Origin: Patescibacteria group bacterium
GTDB lineage: Bacteria; Patescibacteriota; Microgenomatia; PFEM01; JBHPGO01
Length of the DNA: 62,535 nt
Assembly (NCBI GenBank): GCA_042570465.1
Contig: JBHPGO010000002.1
Location: 1-62,535 of the forward strand
Reading direction: 5' to 3'
Shown: positions 45,950-54,801 of the stretch, in pieces
Layout of the letters: each line of letters starts with the position of its first letter
Numbering within the stretch: position 1 is the stretch's first letter
Notes under the pieces: model-generated
The model's input: only the letters and a program-made list of their open reading frames with translations
What the model was told of the DNA's origin: nothing
Database searches by the model: none
Made by a program: the position numbers and the translations under genes

Positions 45950-47317
45950 ATGACAGGAGTTTCCATGAAAACTACAAAATATAAAACCCTGACCTACAAT
46001 GAAAAGGAGTTTAAGTCCCTTTCAGGATTGTGGAAAATTGACAGAGTTATCCTTGATACCATTGACTTCGAAGACCTGGCTGAAAAGGTCGTTAATGTTA
46101 TTCTTACTGAACTTGACTACCTAAAACTTGGCTACTCAATTATTGTTCTCACTCTGGTCAATAAGAAAGGAAAAAGTATTGAAAGGGTGTCAATTTCTAA
46201 AACAAAGGCAGCTCAAAAAGCGCTTGAATCAACACCAATACCTTTTGAAAAAATCAAAGTTCCTTTAACTGCTTCACAGAACCTCTTAGTTAAAGCCATT
46301 AAAAACCAAAAAATCTATTTTACTCATGATCTTTCCGATGTTCTTTATCCTGAAGCTAGTCGAGAGATTTGGCGAGAAATTCAAAAAGCTTGCGAAATTA
46401 AAACCAGCATGATTATCCCAATCATTTCAAAAAAAATCAGTCTAGGAGCCATGATTTTCAGTATATCAAAAAATATCACCGATATCAGTAAATATGAAAA
46501 AGAAGTCCTGACGGGATTTACAAACGCCGTTGGTTTGGCAATAGAACATGTTTATTTGTACCGCAGTTTAAGAGAAGCCAACAAAAAGCTTAAGGAACTG
46601 GACAAAATGAAAGATGAATTTGTTTCGGTTGCTTCTCATGAACTTCGTACACCAATGACCTCAATCAAAAATTACCTCTGGATGGTTTTAAATGATAAAG
46701 CCGGTAAAGTTCCTCAAAAACAACGTTTTTACCTCCAAAGAGTGGCCACTTCAACTGAAAGGCTGATTGAATTAGTTAATGACATGCTTACTATTTCAAG
46801 AATTGAAAGGGGTAAAATTGAAGTCAAAACTGAGCCCGGCGACATTGTATGCTTGGCCAGGTCAGTAATATTAGAACTAAAAGGTGAGGCCGATAAGAAA
46901 AAGATTAAACTTTCTCTCAAAACACCTAAAGAAAAACTTCCTTTAATTTTGCTTGATGAAAAAAGAATTAGAGAAGTCTTTTTTAACTTAATCGGAAATT
47001 CCCTTAAATTTACTGATTCAGGGGGGAAGATTATCGTCTCCTTTGAAAAGAATTCAAAAACCGTGACTACTTTTATCAGTGATACTGGAAAAGGAATTGC
47101 CAAGGAAAATTTGCCGAGATTATTTAAAAAATTCGGTCGCCTGGATCGTTCTTTTGCTAAAATTGCTGAAACCGCTGGCACCGGACTGGGGCTTTATATC
47201 AGCAAACAAATAATTGATCTTCATCGAGGTAAAATATCAGTTGACTCTGAATTGGGCGAAGGTTCAGTTTTTTACTTTGAACTAAGAATTGCTAAAGGAG
47301 GTGAGAAATCAAAGTGA
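45950..47317 (+). CDS. GAF-domain sensor histidine kinase
   Basis: H-box SHELRTPMTSIKNY and the ATPase boxes (GTGLGLYISK). ATG at 45965, preceded by AGGAG, is an alternative start. Confidence 0.85.
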   Translation: MTGVSMKTTKYKTLTYNEKEFKSLSGLWKIDRVILDTIDFEDLAEKVVNVILTELDYLKLGYSIIVLTLVNKKGKSIERVSISKTKAAQKALESTPIPFEKIKVPLTASQNLLVKAIKNQKIYFTHDLSDVLYPEASREIWREIQKACEIKTSMIIPIISKKISLGAMIFSISKNITDISKYEKEVLTGFTNAVGLAIEHVYLYRSLREANKKLKELDKMKDEFVSVASHELRTPMTSIKNYLWMVLNDKAGKVPQKQRFYLQRVATSTERLIELVNDMLTISRIERGKIEVKTEPGDIVCLARSVILELKGEADKKKIKLSLKTPKEKLPLILLDEKRIREVFFNLIGNSLKFTDSGGKIIVSFEKNSKTVTTFISDTGKGIAKENLPRLFKKFGRLDRSFAKIAETAGTGLGLYISKQIIDLHRGKISVDSELGEGSVFYFELRIAKGGEKSK

Positions 47318-47694
47318 GCAAAATTATACATAAAATTCTCCTGATTGAAGATGATCAATTAAACAGAGAACTTTATGCAGAGATCTTACAAGACGAGGGC
47401 TACCAAGTCGAAATTGCTACCGATGGAGAAGAAGGCTACTTAAAAATGAAAAAAGGAGGCTTTGATCTGGTTTTAATGGATATCATGCTTCCGAAGATTG
47501 ACGGAGTGAATATTCTTAGAAAGCTTAAAGAAGAAAAGAAGTTAAAAGGAAATAAGAAAATTGTCTTATTAACTAATCTTAGTGAAGAAGCCTTGCTTTC
47601 TAAAGGAGCTGAAGTCAAAAGCTATGACTATTTAGTCAAAAGTTCTGTTGACCCTGGACAATTGATTTCACAAGTAAAAGATTTCCTGAAGTAA
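47314..47694 (+). CDS. receiver-only response regulator
   Basis: 126 aa REC domain (LLIEDDQ ... DLVLMDIMLPKIDG). 4-nt overlap with the kinase gene. Confidence 0.85.
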   Translation: MSKIIHKILLIEDDQLNRELYAEILQDEGYQVEIATDGEEGYLKMKKGGFDLVLMDIMLPKIDGVNILRKLKEEKKLKGNKKIVLLTNLSEEALLSKGAEVKSYDYLVKSSVDPGQLISQVKDFLK

Positions 47695-47698
47695 GGCC

Positions 47699-48067
47699 CT
47701 ATTGCAAAAAAGCCTTGACTTCTCCTAATACTCCATCGGGAGTTAGAGCCGACTTCATTAAGTATCCATCGGCACCCAGCCTAAAAGCGGTTTTAATAAA
47801 TTCGTCTTGATCCAAGACGGTCAACATAACAATTCTTTTATTTTCTTTTTTGGGCTTGAGACGTTTTAGTTCCTTTAAAAAAGTTAAGCCATCTTTTTTA
47901 GGAACCATAATATCCAGTAAAATTAAATCATAACCACCCTCAACCGCTTTTAAAAAACCGCTTTCTCCATCAGCGAAAGCATCAACTTCATAACCCTCTT
48001 CCTTTAAAAGAGTTTGGTAGAGTTCTCTCGTAAACTGATCATCTTCGACCAGTAGAATTCGGGTCAT
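47699..48067 (-). CDS. receiver-only response regulator
   Basis: 122 aa REC domain (ILLVEDDQ ... DLILLDIMVPKKDG ... GADGYLMK). Confidence 0.85.
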   Translation of the reverse strand: MTRILLVEDDQFTRELYQTLLKEEGYEVDAFADGESGFLKAVEGGYDLILLDIMVPKKDGLTFLKELKRLKPKKENKRIVMLTVLDQDEFIKTAFRLGADGYLMKSALTPDGVLGEVKAFLQ

Positions 48068-48178
48068 AATCTCATCATAGCATTAGGTAATTTTCCAGTC
48101 AACTTGGGCAACAATATTTGATTTTTCTGACAAATATCGTAAAATAGATAAAAGCCCAAAACTGCTTTTAATACCCAA

Positions 48179-48409
48179 ATGAGTCAAAAACAAAAAGAAA
48201 ACCAAATCGTTTTTCATGATCTGCTCAACTTTGCCTCTTCGATTCGCAACATACTCTACATCGTCATCATGAAAAAAAACCAGCCGGATAAGCAAACCGA
48301 AGAATACCTTAAAGACTGCCTGAACCGCTGTAACCAACTAATTACTGAGCTTCAAGGCTTTCAAAAAGACTTAAAAACTAAAAGTCCGAAACCAAGCCCC
48401 AAACAATAG
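48179..48409 (+). CDS. putative stand-alone DHp (H-box) helical-hairpin protein
   Basis: 76 aa. IVFHDLLNFASSIRNIL resembles a HisKA H-box helix and is followed by a second helix (EEYLKDCLNRCNQLITELQGF). The overlapping minus ORF 48083..48337 looks non-protein-like. Confidence 0.4.
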   Translation: MSQKQKENQIVFHDLLNFASSIRNILYIVIMKKNQPDKQTEEYLKDCLNRCNQLITELQGFQKDLKTKSPKPSPKQ

Positions 48410-49218
48410 ATTCCAAAAACCCAGAGTTTTCCTTTAGTCAAAACTTTCTTCAAACCAACCAGAGCCCAATAGCCTACTAAACTTGAAATTGCCATCCCGA
48501 CAATTGACTGAGTTAATATTCCTTTTTCAACAAACAATTGCCAGTGACTAGAAATATCAACCAACTGTAAAACTAAAGCTCCAATAATGGCTGGGATCGC
48601 CAATAAAAATGAAAAATAAAAAGCCTCTTCTTGATTTAATTTTTTAAAAAGTCCGGCCGCAATCGTCGATCCTGAACGAGAAACTCCAGGTAAAATTGCC
48701 AGGGCCTGAAAAAAACCAATAAAAAGAGACCTTTGCCAGGTTAAATTAATGACATCTCCCTCATTTTTCCACCTCCGAGGAGGGTGGCATAGTCCATGCT
48801 TCACCTCGGAGATGTTTTTGATTTTGTGGAATTTGGTAGATAGTAAAAATAAAGCAGTGACCATCAAAGAAACTCCTACTAAAGTAATTGAATCAAATAT
48901 TTTGCCTAATCGTGGCTGTAAAATCAGGCCGACTATGACTGCCGGCAGGGTTCCCAAGACTATCACCCCAGCTAATCGCCACGATTGCTTTTTTCTCCGA
49001 ATCAAGCCGGTTGCGATCTTGGCAATTTTTTTCCTGAAATAAACCAGCACTGCTCCTAAAGTACCGACATGAACCATCACATCAAAAAATATTGGCGGTT
49101 TTAGATCAAAATAATTTTGAAAAATTACTAAGTGTCCAGAAGAAGAAATTGGTAAAAACTCAGTCAAACCTTGAACAATAGCTAGAACAATCGACTGAAG
49201 GTAAGTCATCTTTTCCAT
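48361..49218 (-). CDS. uppP: undecaprenyl-diphosphatase
   Basis: LAIVQGLTEFLPISSSGHL and PGVSRSGSTI motifs. ATG at 49218 or 49209 is more likely than the track start 49266. Confidence 0.85.
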   Translation of the reverse strand: MEKMTYLQSIVLAIVQGLTEFLPISSSGHLVIFQNYFDLKPPIFFDVMVHVGTLGAVLVYFRKKIAKIATGLIRRKKQSWRLAGVIVLGTLPAVIVGLILQPRLGKIFDSITLVGVSLMVTALFLLSTKFHKIKNISEVKHGLCHPPRRWKNEGDVINLTWQRSLFIGFFQALAILPGVSRSGSTIAAGLFKKLNQEEAFYFSFLLAIPAIIGALVLQLVDISSHWQLFVEKGILTQSIVGMAISSLVGYWALVGLKKVLTKGKLWVFGIYCLGLGFGLLVFKSF

Positions 49219-49266
49219 CTTAACACACAAAAAATCTCGCTTTCCCCCTCGATAAAACCTTAACAT

Positions 49267-49290
49267 AAGGACCGACGATCGTCGGTCCTT
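49267..49290. repeat. perfect 24-nt palindrome
   Basis: aaggaccgacga/tcgtcggtcctt, between the rnpB terminator and uppP. Confidence 0.7.
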
Positions 49291-49315
49291 ATTGCAAATT
49301 TAGATTAACCCAAGT

Positions 49316-49338
49316 AAAAACCCCGAAAAATATCGGGG
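49316..49338 (-). terminator. rho-independent terminator of rnpB
   Basis: Minus strand: CCCCGA-tatttt-TCGGGG followed by TTTTT. Confidence 0.65.
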
Positions 49339-49346
49339 CCTTTAGT

Positions 49347-49769
49347 GTTCTTGAAAAAATCATAAGCCGGATTCTGTCTTGCCCGCCTAAATATTCCATA
49401 GGAATTTTTGGCGGGTCCTGCAGTCATCTGTCTAACCAAGCCTAATCAGATTAAGCGTTGATTCTCCGAAAATTCGGAGTGCCCTCGAACTTCGGTGTTC
49501 ACCGGGTGCCGGATGGTACCCGGATTACGGAAGACATCGCCCACCAGTCGGAGGTTGCAGCAGGGAGGGTTACCTCTTTTCACTCTCTATCCCTAGTTCC
49601 TTTTTGGAACCGGGTGAGTTGTCGTCTCTGTGGCCCTATCTAGTCCTCGACCCACCAGGGGGTCGGGATGTCCCGTTTCCGGGACCACCCTGTCTTCAGC
49701 TGTCCGGACTTTCCTATCTCGACCCTGATCGAAATCGGGGGTCGGATCGACTGCTCATTTTTCAAGAAC
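49347..49769 (-). ncRNA. rnpB: RNase P RNA, bacterial type A
   Basis: Minus strand contains GAUAGGAAAGUCCGGACAGC (P4 5' strand) and ACAGAAUCCGGCUUAUG (P4 3' strand). P1 pairs GUUCUUGAAAAAU with AUUUUUUCAAGAAC. GC-rich, structured, non-coding. Confidence 0.9.
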
Positions 49770-49980
49770 AAGGCTATTATACCAAAAAAAGGGGCAAATT
49801 TCATCTTTTGAGATGTTCTTAGAGGAAGACTAAGGGTAAAGGTTAAGGGTGAGACAGGGGTGAAATTTGGGGTGAAAAAACAATTTTGGAACTATAGGAT
49901 TTTAAGGGTTTTTAGAGGAAAAGATTAAAGGTGAAAAAGGGTTGAGGGTTGAAGAAAATCAGGATGAAATAAGAAAAAGT

Positions 49981-51336
49981 TTAAGATATTTTTAAGGGTT
50001 CAAGGGCGGGAAGTTTTTTGCCGGCGAGAAACTCCAGGGTCGCTCCACCGGCAAGACTGACGTGGGAAAAGGATCTCAAGTCAGCAAATTGATTGACTGA
50101 CTCGATGGTGTCACCACCGGAAATAACTTTAGTACCGTCAATTTTACTCATCGCTTGAACAACCGCCTTAGAACCGGTAGCAAAACGGTCATCTTCAAAC
50201 AAGCCCATCGGTCCATTGCAAAAAACAGTTTTGGCTTGAGAAATAATTTTTTGATAATGGCTGGCAGTTTGAGGACCAATGTCAAGAGCAACCCAGTCGT
50301 TGGGAACTAATTCCTTTTTCTCTCCACCCCGGGGGAGGCTGGCTTGAGAGGTGGCCCCACCCCCGGGGTGTTTTTCAGTCAGGCCACCATCCGGGGTGTT
50401 TTTAACGGAAACTATTTTAGTTTGTTTGGGATTATTAAGAGAATCGCCAAGGACTAGATCTAGAGGGAGGTGGATTCCTGATCCTCCACCTCGGAGGAGT
50501 CCCTGCGGGCCACCGTCCGAGGTGACTTTGGCTTTTCCCATTATTTCCCGGGCATACTCTACCCAGTCTTTTTTTTCTTTTTTAGCCTTGTCGACGAAGA
50601 CATCTTCCATAAAAGAACTCCCCATTTCAAAACCTTTTGCCTTTAGAAAAACATTGGCCACGCCGCCACCAACTAAAATTTGATCAACTAGGTTCATTAA
50701 ATTATTAATGGCATCGACCTTATCGGAAACTTTAGCCCCACCAATAACAACCACAAACGGTTTTTTGGGCTCGGTTATCAACTTTGAAAAAGCCTCAACC
50801 TCTTTTTGAAGGTAAAACCCGGCACAAGCCGGTAAGTGACGTAAAATCCCGGTGGTCGAAGCATGAATCCGATGGGCCTGGGGAAAAGCATCGAAAACAA
50901 CCAATTCCCCATTTTTGGCTAGTTCCCGAGCAAAACCATCATCGTCGATCATTTCTTCCGGATGAAAACGAGTATTTTCCAGCATTAAAAGTTCCCCCGG
51001 CTTTAAGGCAGTAATTCTTTCCCGAACCGCTTGACCGACACAATCATTAACCTTTTTCACCGGCTGACCCAATAATTCAGATAATCTACTGGCATGAGGC
51101 GTTGTCCGCAACGCTTCGACCACTTTTCCGTCCGGACGCTTTACCCAAGTCAAAAGCACAATCTTGCATTTCTTGCCCATTAAATACTTCAGCGTTGGTA
51201 GAGTGGCTTTAATGCGAGAATCATCTTTAACTTCAAGCTGACCGTTAACCTTTTTAAGACCAATGTCATATGGAGAACGATAAAGAATAATTTTACCTTC
51301 AACCGAAGTTTGCTTGAGGTCGATTAGTTTCATCAA
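49981..51336 (-). CDS. pgk: phosphoglycerate kinase with two loop insertions
   Basis: KIVLLTWVKRPDG, ENTRFHPEE, VIGGAKVSDK, WNGPMG-like CNGPMGLFE, ISGGDT. 451 aa versus about 395 typical. Confidence 0.9.
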   Translation of the reverse strand: MMKLIDLKQTSVEGKIILYRSPYDIGLKKVNGQLEVKDDSRIKATLPTLKYLMGKKCKIVLLTWVKRPDGKVVEALRTTPHASRLSELLGQPVKKVNDCVGQAVRERITALKPGELLMLENTRFHPEEMIDDDGFARELAKNGELVVFDAFPQAHRIHASTTGILRHLPACAGFYLQKEVEAFSKLITEPKKPFVVVIGGAKVSDKVDAINNLMNLVDQILVGGGVANVFLKAKGFEMGSSFMEDVFVDKAKKEKKDWVEYAREIMGKAKVTSDGGPQGLLRGGGSGIHLPLDLVLGDSLNNPKQTKIVSVKNTPDGGLTEKHPGGGATSQASLPRGGEKKELVPNDWVALDIGPQTASHYQKIISQAKTVFCNGPMGLFEDDRFATGSKAVVQAMSKIDGTKVISGGDTIESVNQFADLRSFSHVSLAGGATLEFLAGKKLPALEPLKIS

Positions 51337-51345
51337 TAAGAAATT

Positions 51346-52365
51346 TTATAATGACTTTGAAATTAATTTTAGCAGATCATAGAGCCGAGAGGTATAGCCC
51401 CATTCATTATCGTACCAAGCTAAAACCTTGACCAGTCGTTGACCAATAACATTTGTTGACAACCCATCAACAACCGCCGAGCAAGGCTCTCCCTTATAGT
51501 CAATCGAAACCAATGGTTCTTGACTAAAGCCTAAATAATTTTTCAAATGACTACGGCTGGCTAATCTGAAAGCCTGATTTAATTTATCGGCCGTGGTCGG
51601 TTTTTTTAGTTGGGCCACTAAGTCAATCAGCGAAACTGTCGAAAAAGGAACCCTGACCGACAAAGCGTTAAAGCACCCCTTTAGCTCCGGAAAAATCAAA
51701 CCAATCGCCTTGGAAGCCCCAGTCGTACTAGGAATAAATGAGTCTACCGCCGCTCGGGCAATTCTCATGTTTTTATGATGACTCTTGTCAAGCAGGTTTT
51801 GAGAAAGAGTCAAGGAGTGGATGGTCGTCAGTTGAGCACAACGAAGACCAAAACCAGCTTGAATTACCTTGACTAACATCGCCAAAGCATTGGTAGTGCA
51901 CGAAGCATTAGAAACAATTTGGTGCTTTTGGGGTCGGTACAGATGATGATTAACTCCTAAAACAATCGAAATATCTTCATCTTTGCCAGGGGCCGAGATA
52001 ATCACTTTCTTCGCCCCAGCACTCAACTGTCTTTCACAGTTTTCTCGATCTCGAAATACTCCGGTACACTCAGCAACTAAATCAATACCTTCTTTTCGAA
52101 AATTAATTTTACCGGGATTTTTGTCATCGTAAACCTTAATTTTTTGACCATTTATTTTTAACCAATCTTGGCCATGAGTAACCTTTTCTTTTAATACTCC
52201 ATAGGTCGAGTCATACTTCAGCAAATGAGCATGACTGGCCGCTCCAGCGCGACTATTGATTCCAAGAACTTGAATTTCTTTTTCACCAGATTGTAATAAA
52301 ATCCGATGTAAAACCCGACCAATCCGACCATAGCCATTGATCAATAAACTGGTTCTTTTTGCCAT
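51346..52365 (-). CDS. gap: glyceraldehyde-3-phosphate dehydrogenase
   Basis: INGYGRIGR, SNASCTTNALA, WYDNEWGY. ATG at 52365 is preferred over the track start 52419. Confidence 0.9.
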   Translation of the reverse strand: MAKRTSLLINGYGRIGRVLHRILLQSGEKEIQVLGINSRAGAASHAHLLKYDSTYGVLKEKVTHGQDWLKINGQKIKVYDDKNPGKINFRKEGIDLVAECTGVFRDRENCERQLSAGAKKVIISAPGKDEDISIVLGVNHHLYRPQKHQIVSNASCTTNALAMLVKVIQAGFGLRCAQLTTIHSLTLSQNLLDKSHHKNMRIARAAVDSFIPSTTGASKAIGLIFPELKGCFNALSVRVPFSTVSLIDLVAQLKKPTTADKLNQAFRLASRSHLKNYLGFSQEPLVSIDYKGEPCSAVVDGLSTNVIGQRLVKVLAWYDNEWGYTSRLYDLLKLISKSL

Positions 52366-52369
52366 GTTT

Positions 52370-53797
52370 CTAATCAGCCAGTCCCCGACTACTGCCTCGC
52401 TTGACCTTTTTCCGACCAAAATCAGTTAATTGTTTGTGAATCACCAAGGACCTTGCAAGCTTTCTAACCATTTTCTGAGTGTCCGGAACATTAAGTTGCT
52501 TAAACAAAAAGGTAAACCTTTTTTCCAAGGCACCCTTAATCTCGTCCTTAATTGACGAGCTGATTTGCCAAGTTTCTTTTTTAAACTGACCCCAACCTTT
52601 TTTTCTTAATTTATAGTAAAACTGTTGGTCAGTCTGGCCTTCTTTGCGTTCATCTTGCTTTTCCCGATCCAGCCAATCATATATTTCCTTCAAGAGCTCT
52701 TTAGGAAATTTGGGGTGATCCATGATGATGTTTCGAAAACCGGTCGCCAAATGGACTTCAATTGCTTCAGCTTTAACAAACTCTTTAAAATATTGATCCG
52801 GTAAAGTTGAGGCACCGTGTTGAACCGCACCGCCGATTTGGTACCCTTCCCGACAAGCTCGAGAAATTTCGGCTAAAACTGAAAAATCAACGTCGATGTC
52901 TGCCAAAGAACCATCCGGTAAAACCACGCCACCATGACTGGTGCCGGTCTGGATACTGATCCGACAAATTCCCGCCATTCCAGTTGGCAAACCAGCATTA
53001 AAACTATTCATATAAGCCCGAAATTCTTCAACAGTACTGTTTTTACCACCAACGTGGCCAATCTCTCCACCTAGAGAAACCGTGATTCCTGGTGGCTGAA
53101 TTGAGCGGGTGTATTTAAAAAGTTCCAGAGAATGCTTAACGTTGGGCTTTTGCTGTTCTTCTTCTGACTCCTGACTAAGGTCCACCAAAGTCGAAGTGTC
53201 AACATCAATACAATAAAAGCCGGCCTCAATTGCTTCTTTGATCAAATCTTTAATGGTCTGAACCTCTCCTTTTTTGGGAAAACCAGGTTTTTCTAGTTTA
53301 GTCTGGAAATGGTCTCCTTGAATAAAAAGCGGTCCTTGCCAACCGGCCTTGATTGCTCCGGCCAAAATCACAGCAACATATTCCTCGGGAGACTGGTCAG
53401 TGTAGCCAATCTCACTTCTGGCTATTTCACAAATTAAGGCCCCTACTTTGAGCTTTTTGGCAACCTTGAACAGGGCCTGGGCCATATCGTAAGCAATCCC
53501 CTGGAGGTTAAACGCCGGGACTGTAAAATTCAGTGGTAATTTTCCTCTGCCTCTGGCCAAATAAAAATCATGATTTGATGAAGGGTGGACACCTAGAACC
53601 TGAGCGGCTTCCCAAATTACCCAGCGAGCCGAAGCCTTGTCTTTTTCTTGACCAAAAACTGCCTCCCAAACCAATTGATCTAAAACTTTTTTAAAATTAA
53701 CCTCATCTTTTAACTCGAGCCGATCACCACTGGTTACAATACAATTTTGAGTTATTTTTTTAATTTTGGGTGATAACATCTTTTTATTATTTCTCAC
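52370..53797 (-). CDS. fba: class II fructose-bisphosphate aldolase family protein (long form)
   Basis: FIQGDHFQ, GGEIGHVGG, TGTSHGG, VQHGASTLP follow the class II aldolase metal-ligand pattern. Confidence 0.7.
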   Translation of the reverse strand: MRNNKKMLSPKIKKITQNCIVTSGDRLELKDEVNFKKVLDQLVWEAVFGQEKDKASARWVIWEAAQVLGVHPSSNHDFYLARGRGKLPLNFTVPAFNLQGIAYDMAQALFKVAKKLKVGALICEIARSEIGYTDQSPEEYVAVILAGAIKAGWQGPLFIQGDHFQTKLEKPGFPKKGEVQTIKDLIKEAIEAGFYCIDVDTSTLVDLSQESEEEQQKPNVKHSLELFKYTRSIQPPGITVSLGGEIGHVGGKNSTVEEFRAYMNSFNAGLPTGMAGICRISIQTGTSHGGVVLPDGSLADIDVDFSVLAEISRACREGYQIGGAVQHGASTLPDQYFKEFVKAEAIEVHLATGFRNIIMDHPKFPKELLKEIYDWLDREKQDERKEGQTDQQFYYKLRKKGWGQFKKETWQISSSIKDEIKGALEKRFTFLFKQLNVPDTQKMVRKLARSLVIHKQLTDFGRKKVKRGSSRGLAD

Positions 53798-54801
53798 CTC
53801 TTTTCTTTTTTTAAAAAATATAAAAGAATTTTAACGTCATTTTTCGAACCAATGAAAAGAGGGATTCGCTGGTGAATTTCACCTGGCTTAATATCAAGAA
53901 CTTCCTTTTGACCATTTGAAGCCCTTCCCCCTGCTTGTTCAATAATCATCGCCATCGGGTTGCCTTCAAATAAAAGTCTTAATTTTCCATTGGGATTTTT
54001 TTTGTCCGCCGGATATAAAAATACACCTCCATAAAGCAAATTTCGGTGAAAATCTGAAACCAAAGAACCAATGTATCTGGCCTTATGTGGTTTCTCGTAA
54101 CCCTGGTAACCCTTTTTCAAACTCTTAATATAATTAAAAACCCCGGAATTCCATTTAAAAGAATAACCTTCATTAACCGAGTAAACTTTACCCTTGAGAG
54201 GGGTTTTAATATTCTCGTGAGATAAAATGAATTCGCCGATTGAAGGGTCTAAAGTAAAACCATTGACTCCCTTGCCGGTCGTGTAAACCATCATTGTACT
54301 TGATCCATATAAAATATAACCGGCGCACACTTGCTGCTTGCCTTTTTGTAAAAAATCCTGATTAGTGAGATTACCTGATTTGCTTGTTCTCTTGTAAACT
54401 GAAAAAATGGTTCCGATACTGACATTGGCGTCGACGTTGGAAGAGCCATCTAGGGGGTCGATACAAACAACATACTTTGCCCTTAAGGCGCTTTTTGAAA
54501 AATCTTGAATTTTCTCCATTTCTTCTGAGGCCAAGCCAGCAATATGCTGCCCTCTTTTGAATATTTGGATAAATATGTCATTGGCATAATCATCTAATTT
54601 TTGAACCTCTTCGCCCTGAACATTAACTTTTCCGGTCAACCCTAAGATATCAACTAACCCGGCTTTATTAACTTCTCGAGAAACAATTTTTGCTCCAAAG
54701 GCAATTTCAGTTAGAATGCTGGACAGTTCGCCAGTTGCTCTGGGACTCTTGGCCTCTTCGCTTAAGATAAAACCCTGAATATTTAAAATCTGTTTATCCA
54801 T
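53794..54801 (-). CDS. fbp: fructose-1,6-bisphosphatase class 1
   Basis: DPLDGSSNVD, GSSTMMVY, VNEGY, RYIGSLVSDFHRNLLYGGVFLYP. Confidence 0.9.
   Translation of the reverse strand: MDKQILNIQGFILSEEAKSPRATGELSSILTEIAFGAKIVSREVNKAGLVDILGLTGKVNVQGEEVQKLDDYANDIFIQIFKRGQHIAGLASEEMEKIQDFSKSALRAKYVVCIDPLDGSSNVDANVSIGTIFSVYKRTSKSGNLTNQDFLQKGKQQVCAGYILYGSSTMMVYTTGKGVNGFTLDPSIGEFILSHENIKTPLKGKVYSVNEGYSFKWNSGVFNYIKSLKKGYQGYEKPHKARYIGSLVSDFHRNLLYGGVFLYPADKKNPNGKLRLLFEGNPMAMIIEQAGGRASNGQKEVLDIKPGEIHQRIPLFIGSKNDVKILLYFLKKEKR

Noticed and set aside
49458-49822. Track ORFs 49458..49643 and 49604..49822 (+).
   Set aside because: They lie entirely within the GC-rich structured RNase P RNA gene on the opposite strand. 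Their open frames result from base composition, not coding.
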